Shown here: piece after piece, positions 11,060-19,063 of the stretch
How positions within the stretch are numbered: position 1 is the stretch's first letter
Layout of the letters: every line of letters starts with the position of its first letter
Source of the DNA: a virus
Taxonomy: Duplodnaviria > Caudoviricetes
Strand: one strand, 5' to 3'
Length of the DNA: 64,000 bases
Virus record (IMG/VR): IMGVR_UViG_3300043821_000026
Location: 32,001 to 96,000 of that record
Made by a program: the position numbers and the translations under genes
Notes under the pieces: model-generated
Seen by the model: only the letters and a program-made list of their open reading frames with translations
Told to the model about the DNA's origin: nothing
Database searches by the model: none

Positions 11060-12821
11060 TAGTAATGCTGGTACAAGCAGTACTGCACCATTTAAGACTT
11101 TGAATAAAGCAATTAGTACTGCAACAGATAAGAGTAGTATTTATGTTCAAGCAGGATACTATGTAGGAACAAGTAATACTGTATTAAGTATATCAAAAAA
11201 TTTAACAATTTACTGTAATGGTTCTGCACTATTTGATGGGGAGAATGTTAGACAATCCGGATTCACAGTAGCAAGTGGTTATAGTGTTACTTTGAATGGT
11301 TTAAAGTTTATTAATGGTTCAGGTAATGCTGGTGCTGTAACTGTGAATGAAAATTGTAGTATAATAAATTGTAATTTCACAAACAATGAGAAAAGTACTT
11401 CAACCGATGATGCGACAGGTTGGGGTGGTGCTGTTTATTGTATTGGTTCAAATAATTATATTTTTAATTCCGATTTTTATAGTAACAAAGCTTATAATGG
11501 TGGGGCTATTTATAACAATTCCTCAAATACTGTGACTGATTGTACATTTTCAGGTAATAATGCTTCAACTCATGGTGGGGCTATTTGGAACGATTCCTCA
11601 AATATTGTGACTGATTGTACATTTTCAGGTAATAATGCTTCAACTGATGGTGGGGCTATTTATAACAATTCCTCAAATAATACTGTGACTGATTGTACAT
11701 TTTCAAGTAATAATGCTTCAAGGAATGGTGGGGGTATTTATAACAGTTCCTCAAATAATACTGTGACTGATTGTACATTTTCAGGTAATAATGCTTCAAC
11801 TGATGGTGGGGCTATTTATAACAGTTCCTCAAATATTGTGACTGATTGTACATTTTCAGGTAATAATGCTTCAACTGATGGTGGGGCTATTTATAACAAT
11901 TCCTCAAATAATACTGTGACTGATTGTACATTTTCAAGTAATAATGCTTCAAGTAGTGGTGGGGGTATTTGTAACAATTCCTCAAATAATACTGTGACTG
12001 ATTGTACATTTTCAGGTAATAATGCTTCAGCTTATGGTGGGGCTATTTATAACGATTCCTCAAATATTGTGACTGATTGTACATTCAGTAATAATGCTTC
12101 AAATAAGGGTGGGGGTATTTGTAACAATTTCTCAAATAATACTGTGACTGATTGTACATTTTCAGGTAATAATGCTTCAAGTAATGGTGGGGGTATTTGT
12201 AACAATTTCTCAAATAATACTGTGACTGATTGTACATTTAGTAATAATGCTTCAACTGATGGTGGGGCTATTTATAACAATTTCGCAAATAATATTGTGA
12301 CTGATTGTACATTTTCAGGTAATAATGCTTCAAGTAATGGTGGGGGTATTTATATTGATGATGATAATGATAATGTTAAAAATTGCAGTTTCAAAAACAA
12401 TACACCAACAAATCTTTATATTATAGAAGAAACTTATTCTGGTACAGTAACAAACTGTTACTGGGGAACAGACACACCAACAACAAGTGATTATGGAACA
12501 ATCAATAATTATACCGTAACAAATAATGCAACTAGTAAAACCGTGTACAACATAATAAAATACACTAAAGCCTCTGCAACAACAGGCACAAACATACCAT
12601 TAACCTTTAAATGTTTAGATTGCAATGGTAATCCTTTAAGTAACATGGAAATAGTACTTAAAAATGGTACAACCACATTAGCAACACTCACAACGGATAA
12701 TTATGGAATAGCAACTTATACAGTAACAGTAACAGCAAACATGAGTTTAACAATCACAAATACTGCAACAAATAATTATAATTCATGTACAAGCGAAACA
12801 AGAACAATAACAGTGGCATAA
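11037..12821 (+). CDS. C-terminal part of beta-helix (pectin-lyase-like) adhesin / receptor-binding protein with terminal Ig-like domain
   Basis: GGAIY-type beta-helix repeats, NCYWG cap, C-terminal Ig-like domain. Confidence 0.75.
   Translation: MLILQGSDSNAGTSSTAPFKTLNKAISTATDKSSIYVQAGYYVGTSNTVLSISKNLTIYCNGSALFDGENVRQSGFTVASGYSVTLNGLKFINGSGNAGAVTVNENCSIINCNFTNNEKSTSTDDATGWGGAVYCIGSNNYIFNSDFYSNKAYNGGAIYNNSSNTVTDCTFSGNNASTHGGAIWNDSSNIVTDCTFSGNNASTDGGAIYNNSSNNTVTDCTFSSNNASRNGGGIYNSSSNNTVTDCTFSGNNASTDGGAIYNSSSNIVTDCTFSGNNASTDGGAIYNNSSNNTVTDCTFSSNNASSSGGGICNNSSNNTVTDCTFSGNNASAYGGAIYNDSSNIVTDCTFSNNASNKGGGICNNFSNNTVTDCTFSGNNASSNGGGICNNFSNNTVTDCTFSNNASTDGGAIYNNFANNIVTDCTFSGNNASSNGGGIYIDDDNDNVKNCSFKNNTPTNLYIIEETYSGTVTNCYWGTDTPTTSDYGTINNYTVTNNATSKTVYNIIKYTKASATTGTNIPLTFKCLDCNGNPLSNMEIVLKNGTTTLATLTTDNYGIATYTVTVTANMSLTITNTATNNYNSCTSETRTITVA
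11499..12353 (+). repeat. Coding tandem repeat, 11 units of 72-78 bp
   Basis: Eleven copies of gtgactgattgtacatt...aataatgcttca encoding VTDCTFS(G/S)NNASxxGG(A/G)I. Confidence 0.95.
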
Positions 12822-12829
12822 AATATGTA

Positions 12830-12996
12830 CAAAAATTACAAACCATTACATGATTTGTTGTATCTCTTGTATGTGTTCCATTATAATCAATCCATCTATC
12901 TGTTGAACTTGTGAAATCATCATAGAATATATAATCTTTAACTGTTACACTCACAGTATCAGAATAATCATAGGTAGCTACACCACTACTGTTCAT
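12830..12996 (-). pseudogene. Inverted relic of an adhesin/RBP gene (Ig-like end fused to start of a lectin-like domain)
   Basis: Minus strand reads NSSGVATYDYSDTVSVTVKDYIFYDDFTSSTDRW, resembling + strand RBP motifs (GIATY; YYILTDDASTD). Confidence 0.5.
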
Positions 12997-13089
12997 TAAA
13001 CTTTCATATAATGAACAAAAAATCTGTTATTTTATTAAGGATAAAATACAGAATAATATAGAAATAATAACTAATGATATAGTGATAAC

Positions 13090-13386
13090 ATGGTAGAACA
13101 AAAACAGTTTTTAGGAAATTTTAAAGTAGATATATCAAGCAAAGCCGATAAGGCTGATGTATATACTAAAACAGAAATAAATACAATGATGAATCATACA
13201 GGTGCTAATAGTAATACTTTAGTTCCTTTTATTAATATTAATAGTAAAGGTGTATTAAGTGTTAAATATGAATTATTTAATAATACTGATATACTAACCT
13301 TTAATACAATTATAGATAATGATACAACATATTCACCTAGTGATATGGAAGATATACCTTTATTAAATACAGTAATGGGAGAATAA
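13090..13386 (+). CDS. Small fibre adaptor protein (module 2 adaptor)
   Basis: KADKADVYTKTEIN motif shared with 9341..10606. Confidence 0.6.
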   Translation: MVEQKQFLGNFKVDISSKADKADVYTKTEINTMMNHTGANSNTLVPFININSKGVLSVKYELFNNTDILTFNTIIDNDTTYSPSDMEDIPLLNTVMGE

Positions 13387-13388
13387 AA

Positions 13389-14237
13389 ATGACTTTAAAA
13401 CAAAAAATAGTAAATTTACAAAATAAAATGGCAGATAATTTAGCACGAAAAGGAATATCTGACTTAGAAAAAACAGTAGTTGATAGTGACAATAATGTAA
13501 CTTCTAAAGGAAGTAGTTTAATAGATATGGTCAATCAAATACCAAATACATGGGAATATATTAAATTTAATTTTACAGGTGATTTACCAGAAATAGTTGA
13601 TACAGGTTCAGATGTGATTAGTCAATATATTATTGGATTAAATAATTTAACTATTTCAAGTTCAGATATTAAATTTCCAGTACTACAATTTTGTACTAAT
13701 TCAGTATTTAAAAGTACTGCTATATTATGTGAATGTCCAGAATTAATATATGCTAAAAATATTAAATTTAGCGATGGAAAAGCAGCTGGAAATATTATAG
13801 GAAGTTGTGGTAAATTAGAATATGTTGAAGATATTGATACCTCCTTATTAGTAGACTATGAGGGAAGTGGTATAACAGATAATGCAGTTTTAAAAAGAAT
13901 TTCAAATCTTATATTACCAAATGCCGCATTATGTCAGTTTTATATATCAGCATGTCCTTTGTTAGAAACTATTGAAGGCATTGATTTATCATCTACAGAT
14001 TTTAATGGTTGGGTACCTACTACTTGTCCTGCACTTACTACTTTAAAAGTTTCCGGTCTTCATTTAGATACAAATTTAAGTACATTAACAACATTAAATC
14101 ATGAAAGTTTAGTTTATATAATTAATAATGCAAAAACAGTTACTGGGAAAACATTAACTTTAGGAGCAGTTAATTTAGCTAAACTTACAGATGCAGAAAA
14201 AAAAGTTGCTACAGATAAAGGTTGGACCTTAGCTTAA
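13389..14237 (+). CDS. Receptor-binding protein with leucine-rich-repeat-like C-terminus
   Basis: N-terminal docking motif (NLARKGI...SLIDMVNQI); C..L..(I/L) LRR-like repeats; phage-type ending TLTLGAVNLAKLTDAEKKVATDKGWTLA. Confidence 0.6.
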   Translation: MTLKQKIVNLQNKMADNLARKGISDLEKTVVDSDNNVTSKGSSLIDMVNQIPNTWEYIKFNFTGDLPEIVDTGSDVISQYIIGLNNLTISSSDIKFPVLQFCTNSVFKSTAILCECPELIYAKNIKFSDGKAAGNIIGSCGKLEYVEDIDTSLLVDYEGSGITDNAVLKRISNLILPNAALCQFYISACPLLETIEGIDLSSTDFNGWVPTTCPALTTLKVSGLHLDTNLSTLTTLNHESLVYIINNAKTVTGKTLTLGAVNLAKLTDAEKKVATDKGWTLA

Positions 14238-14238
14238 G

Positions 14239-15753
14239 GTGATTATTATGGATTGGAATCTTCCAGAGATTCTAGATGTTGAATTTTTAACTGACGAAGA
14301 AGTTGAAGAATTAATTAAAATTAAAGCAAACATTGATGATATTTATACTAAATTAGAAACAGATAATAAAATTATCGAAAAGTTACAACCATATATAACT
14401 TCTGATGCTATCGATACTAAATACATAAGTAAGGATTTGTTGAATACCAAATTAGATTTATATTTATTAAAAAGTGAAGCTGGGATTACCTATGTTAATA
14501 ATTCACAACTTACTGGTGCTTTAAATTCATATATGAATACGGTAGATTTATATGATAATTTTTACAATAAAGGACGAACTGATGGTAAGATAGCAACTTT
14601 AGAGGGTACTATTAATAATAAACTAAGTACTTGTATGAAAATATCTGATGCTTATTCTGCATTTGTTACTATGGAGCAATATACAGGTCAAAGCCTTGTT
14701 GGAATAAATAACTTAGAAAAAAAAATAATATATCTTTTCGAAAATAATAATATTTTATTTAATCAATATATGGATTCAACTGTATTATCAAGTTCAGAAT
14801 GGACCGTTACAAATTGTACTGCAACTGATTATTCTAGTAATGGATATGGAGAAGTTACTATTGGAACATCAAAAACAGTTGGTTCTTTAATTATGAATAA
14901 TTTTATTAAGGTAGATAATAATTGTTCTATTAGTATTAATACATATAATCCATTTAACATTATTTACAATAAAGGACGAACTGATGGTAAGATAGCAACT
15001 TTAGAGGGTACTATTAATAATAAACTAAGTACTTGTATGAAAATATCTGATGCTTATTCTGCATTTGTTACTATGGAGCAATATACAGGTCAAAGCCTTG
15101 TTGGAATAAATAACTTAGAAAAAAAAATAATATATCTTTTCGAAAATAATAATATTTTATTTAATCAATATATGGATTCAACTGTATTATCAAGTTCAGA
15201 ATGGACCGTTACAAATTGTACTGCAACTGATTATTCTAGTAATGGATATGGAGAAGTTACTATTGGAACATCAAAAACAGTTGGTTCTTTAATTATGAAT
15301 AATTTTATTAAGGTAGATAATAATTGTTCTATTAGTATTAATACATATAATCCATTTAACATTATTACAGATACTAATAAAATACTTGCAGTATCTCCTA
15401 CTTATTCATCAGGAACAAGTATTACATATAAATCTTCAGATGGTACAGTTATATCAACAGCACAAGATAGTACTGCAAGTAAGCCATCAATTATTATTAT
15501 AACCATTATAAATAATAATATTACTTGTAATATTGATGGTAAGAAAATAACATTAACAAATGATGATATAATTAATAATTTTACAAATATCAAACTTTCA
15601 GTTACTAGTAATGGAACAAGTGCGTTTTATATTAATGATATTTTTACTATATCAAAATTAACCACTCCACAAACAGATATAGATTCATTACAATCAAGAG
15701 TAACTGCCCTCGAACAAGGTCTTACAACTTTAGATACCTACTTAAAGAGCTAA
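14239..15753 (+). CDS. Fibre/adaptor protein with lectin-like beta-sandwich and internal duplication (module 3 adaptor)
   Basis: KANIDDIYTKLETD shaft motif; 134-aa exact duplication; C-terminal coiled coil. ATG at 14248 after AGGTGA is the likelier start. Confidence 0.6.
   Translation: MIIMDWNLPEILDVEFLTDEEVEELIKIKANIDDIYTKLETDNKIIEKLQPYITSDAIDTKYISKDLLNTKLDLYLLKSEAGITYVNNSQLTGALNSYMNTVDLYDNFYNKGRTDGKIATLEGTINNKLSTCMKISDAYSAFVTMEQYTGQSLVGINNLEKKIIYLFENNNILFNQYMDSTVLSSSEWTVTNCTATDYSSNGYGEVTIGTSKTVGSLIMNNFIKVDNNCSISINTYNPFNIIYNKGRTDGKIATLEGTINNKLSTCMKISDAYSAFVTMEQYTGQSLVGINNLEKKIIYLFENNNILFNQYMDSTVLSSSEWTVTNCTATDYSSNGYGEVTIGTSKTVGSLIMNNFIKVDNNCSISINTYNPFNIITDTNKILAVSPTYSSGTSITYKSSDGTVISTAQDSTASKPSIIIITIINNNITCNIDGKKITLTNDDIINNFTNIKLSVTSNGTSAFYINDIFTISKLTTPQTDIDSLQSRVTALEQGLTTLDTYLKS
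14561..15364 (+). repeat. Exact in-frame 402-bp tandem duplication
   Basis: 14561-14962 and 14963-15364 appear identical (tttacaataaaggacgaac...catttaacatta). Confidence 0.95.
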
Positions 15754-15756
15754 AAA

Positions 15757-16635
15757 ATGACAGATATAAACACAGTAGCGACTGACCTTAAGTCAGTCAG
15801 AGATAAACTTGCTAATAAACTTACAGAATGTGGGGTTAATGTAAGTAGTGCCGATGGGCCTACGACATTAGCAAAGAAGATATCTTTTATTGGTACATCA
15901 GAAACTGAAATAGATAGTACTGATATTTATAATGGCAGTACCGATATTCAACAAAATAAAATAACTTTTAGAAATTATTTAGCAAACCAAGTAACTAAAC
16001 AAGGAACTACGGTATCTGATACTGATTCTATTTTAGATTAATTAATAAAATCGAAAACAAAACACCTCCTAATTATTATATTTTAACAGATGATGCTTCT
16101 ACTGATATGACAAGTAATTATGAATCTAGCGTAGGATTAAGAAATAGTGGTACTGGTACTATAACTCATAATAGTAATGGATACTATGTATTAGCTAACA
16201 CTAAAGCAAGTTCTATGAGTTATATACCAATTCAAGGTATTACATGGAAAGCAAAAATTTATTATTGAATTTGATAGCTATTTTCCAACAAGTAATTCAA
16301 ATGTAAGTACAGGATTCGTGGTTTGTCAAAGTAGTACAGATTGGTGTAGTCATTACGCTAATGATATGAATCTTTATTATTGGGGAACAATGTTAAGTAA
16401 TGTTTTAACTAAGTCATCAGTTAATTATACTTCACTTATAGCTGATTGGACGCATAATAAATATGTTATAGACAACGGATGGTTTAGTATGGTATTAACA
16501 AAACAAAGTGGAGAGAGTATTTATAGTACATCACAACAATTAGATAGTAGATTTAATACAACGACTAATGATTATGGTTTTCCGATTTTATGGGCTGCTA
16601 ATAGTTATTATATTAAGAATATTAAAATCTATTAA
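15757..16635 (+). pseudogene. Receptor-binding protein (two docking motifs + ConA/lectin-like domain) broken by two compensating frameshifts
   Basis: -1 at ~16038 (gattaatt instead of gatttaatt) and +1 at ~16245 join ORF 15757..16041, an intermediate frame (LINKIENKTPPNYYILTDD...) and ORF 16318..16635 into ~292 aa. Confidence 0.7.
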
Positions 16636-16677
16636 AAATTTTTATATATATATACTCAAAAATACATATTAATTAAC

Positions 16678-17082
16678 ATGAATCAAAAATTAGATAAAAC
16701 TCAACATTCAGTATACAAACTAACATATCATTTAGTATTAGTAACCAAATATAGGAGAAAAGTAATTGATACACCTATCTATAATAGATTAATGAATATT
16801 TTTCAAAATATTGGTTTTAAATATAATGTTGTAGTTTTAGAATCTAATTTTGAATCAGACCATATACATATATTGTTTAAAAGCTTTCCTAATATTAATC
16901 TACAAAAATTTGTTAATTCATATAAAAGTGCAAGTAGTAGATTAATTAAAAAAGAATATCCAAAAATAAAAAGAAAGTTGTGGAAATCTCAATTTTGGAA
17001 AAGAGGGTATTTCATAACAATTACTGGTGGGGCAAGTATCGAAACTATAAAACAATACATAGAAAAACAACAAAGGAGGTGA
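16678..17082 (+). CDS. tnpA: IS200-type Y1 HUH transposase
   Basis: YHLVLVTKYRRKV, HUH motif DHIHIL, FWKRGYF, catalytic Tyr in IKQYIEKQ. Confidence 0.95.
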   Translation: MNQKLDKTQHSVYKLTYHLVLVTKYRRKVIDTPIYNRLMNIFQNIGFKYNVVVLESNFESDHIHILFKSFPNINLQKFVNSYKSASSRLIKKEYPKIKRKLWKSQFWKRGYFITITGGASIETIKQYIEKQQRR

Positions 17083-17086
17083 GATA

Positions 17087-18226
17087 TTGAAAATAGTGAA
17101 TAAAGGAATTAAAGTTAGAATATATCCTAATAAAAAACAAAGAGAATTATTTCAACAAAACTTTGGTTGTTCTAGATTGGTATACAATCAAATATTAGAT
17201 AAATTAAACAATTTATATACTCAATATCCAAGAATGTATAAATTAAATATTAAACTAATCAATACATTGTTGAATCAAATTAAAGTAGAGTTTCCTTTTT
17301 TAAAAGAAGTTGAATCTACTAGCCTTCAACAAGCTAGTCGTGATTTGTTAAAATCTTATCAAATGTTTTTTAAAAACCCTAAATCAAATTTTCCTAAATT
17401 CCATACTAGAAAAAATACTAGATTAAGTTTCAGACAAACTGTAACTAAAAATTTAGTACAAGGAAATCATTTAAAAATAAGAAAATATGGTTTAATTAGA
17501 TTTGGAACTAGTAAGGAATATATTAACTTACTCAATTCAGAAGATATTAAAATTAATAATATAACAATTAGTTGTGATAATTTTAAATACTTTGCTATAA
17601 TCAATATTGAAGCTCCTGTTAATAAATTCAAATTAACTGGTATTAAAAAAGGCTTTGACTTAAATAGTAATAGAAATGGTTTTCTTGTTAGCAATACTGG
17701 TGAAAAATATCAATTTGATATTAATCATGAAATCCAAATGATTAAACAATTGAATAAATCATTAAGTACTAAGAAGAAAGGAAGTCGGAGTTTTAAGTAC
17801 TATACTAAAAGATTGAATAAATGGTATTGCAAAATCAAGAATAAATTAAATGATTTTGCACAAAAACTATCAACTAGTTTAGTTAAAGAATGTGATACTA
17901 TTGTAATTGAAAATAATTGGGTTAATATTCTTAAATCATTGACTAAAGGTGAACAAAATATTCGTTTTCCTTTAAGTAGATTTAAAGATATGATTCAATA
18001 TAAATTTGATTGGCATAAACCTGAAGCGACTGGTTTAGTTGAGGTTAACCCTGCGTATACTAGTCAAATTTGCCATGTGTGTGGTAGTATTAATTCTGTA
18101 CTAACATGTGATAATAGAGAATGGGTTTGTGTTAATTGTCAATCTGTACTTGACAGAGATATTAATGCAGCAATAAACATTCTGAACCGTTGGGACGACG
18201 GGGATTGCCTTTCAGCTCGAAGTTAG
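17087..18226 (+). CDS. tnpB: RNA-guided endonuclease TnpB
   Basis: KVRIYPN..Q, FGCSRLVYN, RuvC-I GFDLN, RuvC-II IVIEN, zinc finger CHVCG/CVNC, RuvC-III DRDINAAINIL. Confidence 0.95.
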   Translation: MKIVNKGIKVRIYPNKKQRELFQQNFGCSRLVYNQILDKLNNLYTQYPRMYKLNIKLINTLLNQIKVEFPFLKEVESTSLQQASRDLLKSYQMFFKNPKSNFPKFHTRKNTRLSFRQTVTKNLVQGNHLKIRKYGLIRFGTSKEYINLLNSEDIKINNITISCDNFKYFAIINIEAPVNKFKLTGIKKGFDLNSNRNGFLVSNTGEKYQFDINHEIQMIKQLNKSLSTKKKGSRSFKYYTKRLNKWYCKIKNKLNDFAQKLSTSLVKECDTIVIENNWVNILKSLTKGEQNIRFPLSRFKDMIQYKFDWHKPEATGLVEVNPAYTSQICHVCGSINSVLTCDNREWVCVNCQSVLDRDINAAINILNRWDDGDCLSARS

Positions 18227-18280
18227 GAATCCACCACTTCTATAAGTGGTGGTAGTTCAAGCTTATATAATACAAAAATT
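18100..18280 (+). ncRNA. Putative TnpB omega (reRNA) guide scaffold spanning the IS right end
   Basis: GC-rich structured 3' end of tnpB plus right-end hairpin; guide inferred as flanking gcttatataatacaaaaatt. 5' boundary approximate. Confidence 0.55.
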
Positions 18281-18309
18281 AGATTTTATTTAAAAGAGGT
18301 AGTATATAA

Positions 18310-19062
18310 ATGACTGAATTGAATAAATTAAAAATAGCTAATATAAAAGGCCCACAAGGTAATGGAGCAGTAATTCGAGGTTCTTTAACAAATATCACAG
18401 AGCTACCTACAGAAACTCCAGAAGGAGCAATTTATGCAGTTGGTGACACTAATATAATTTATATTTATAAAAACAAAAAATGGGTACAATTGTATAAAAT
18501 TTTAGGACATGTTGATACAGTTGAAACATTACCAACTGGTACAGAAAATGCTATTTATACAGTAGGAACAGATAATAATGTGTATATCTTTACTACTACA
18601 TGGGAATTATTAGGAAAATTATTAGGAAATAAAGCATCAGTTAGTGAATTACCAAACTTACAAGAAGGGGATTTATATCTTGTAGGTGATAATAATACAT
18701 TATATAGTTATAGTAAAAGTACATGGATTAATTGTGGAAATATTCAAGGCAAACAAGGGGAACAAGGAATACAAGGGATATCTAAACTTAATTTATTAAT
18801 TGTTTCAAAACTTCCAGATGTAGGGCAAGAGGATACAGAATACTTTATTAAATCAACTGATGGTTCTGGAGATAACTTATATGATGAATATGTTTGGATT
18901 CATCCTGAAGGTGAAAGTGCTAAATTTGAAAAGATTGGACAATCTAAAATTGATTTTTCAAACTTTTATACTAAAACAGAAAGTGATAATAAATATGCTA
19001 CAATATCACAGTTACAAACTATTGAAAACAAAATAAATTCAATAATATCAAGAATAGGATAA
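18310..19062 (+). CDS. Fibre adaptor with collagen-like motifs (module 4 adaptor), paralogue of 9341..10606
   Basis: KGPQG, GKQGEQGIQG, three LP..G.IY.VG repeats, YDEY...FEKIG..KIDFSNFYTKTESD as in module 1. Confidence 0.7.
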   Translation: MTELNKLKIANIKGPQGNGAVIRGSLTNITELPTETPEGAIYAVGDTNIIYIYKNKKWVQLYKILGHVDTVETLPTGTENAIYTVGTDNNVYIFTTTWELLGKLLGNKASVSELPNLQEGDLYLVGDNNTLYSYSKSTWINCGNIQGKQGEQGIQGISKLNLLIVSKLPDVGQEDTEYFIKSTDGSGDNLYDEYVWIHPEGESAKFEKIGQSKIDFSNFYTKTESDNKYATISQLQTIENKINSIISRIG

Positions 19063-19063
19063 T

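Larger units (their letters stand above)
16627..18260 (+). mobile_element. IS200/IS605-family insertion sequence (tnpA + tnpB)
   Basis: Tandem tnpA/tnpB; right end ggaatcc-accacttctataagtggt hairpin-ggtagttcaa ending in TCAA at 18257-18260. Left end is approximate (no clear hairpin seen). Confidence 0.85.

Noticed and set aside
11499-12353. CRISPR or TIGR array
   Set aside because: Repeats are in-frame coding units of a beta-helix with no unique spacers.
14561-15364. Diversity-generating retroelement TR/VR pair
   Set aside because: Copies appear identical, with no adenine-specific mismatches, and no reverse transcriptase is in the window.
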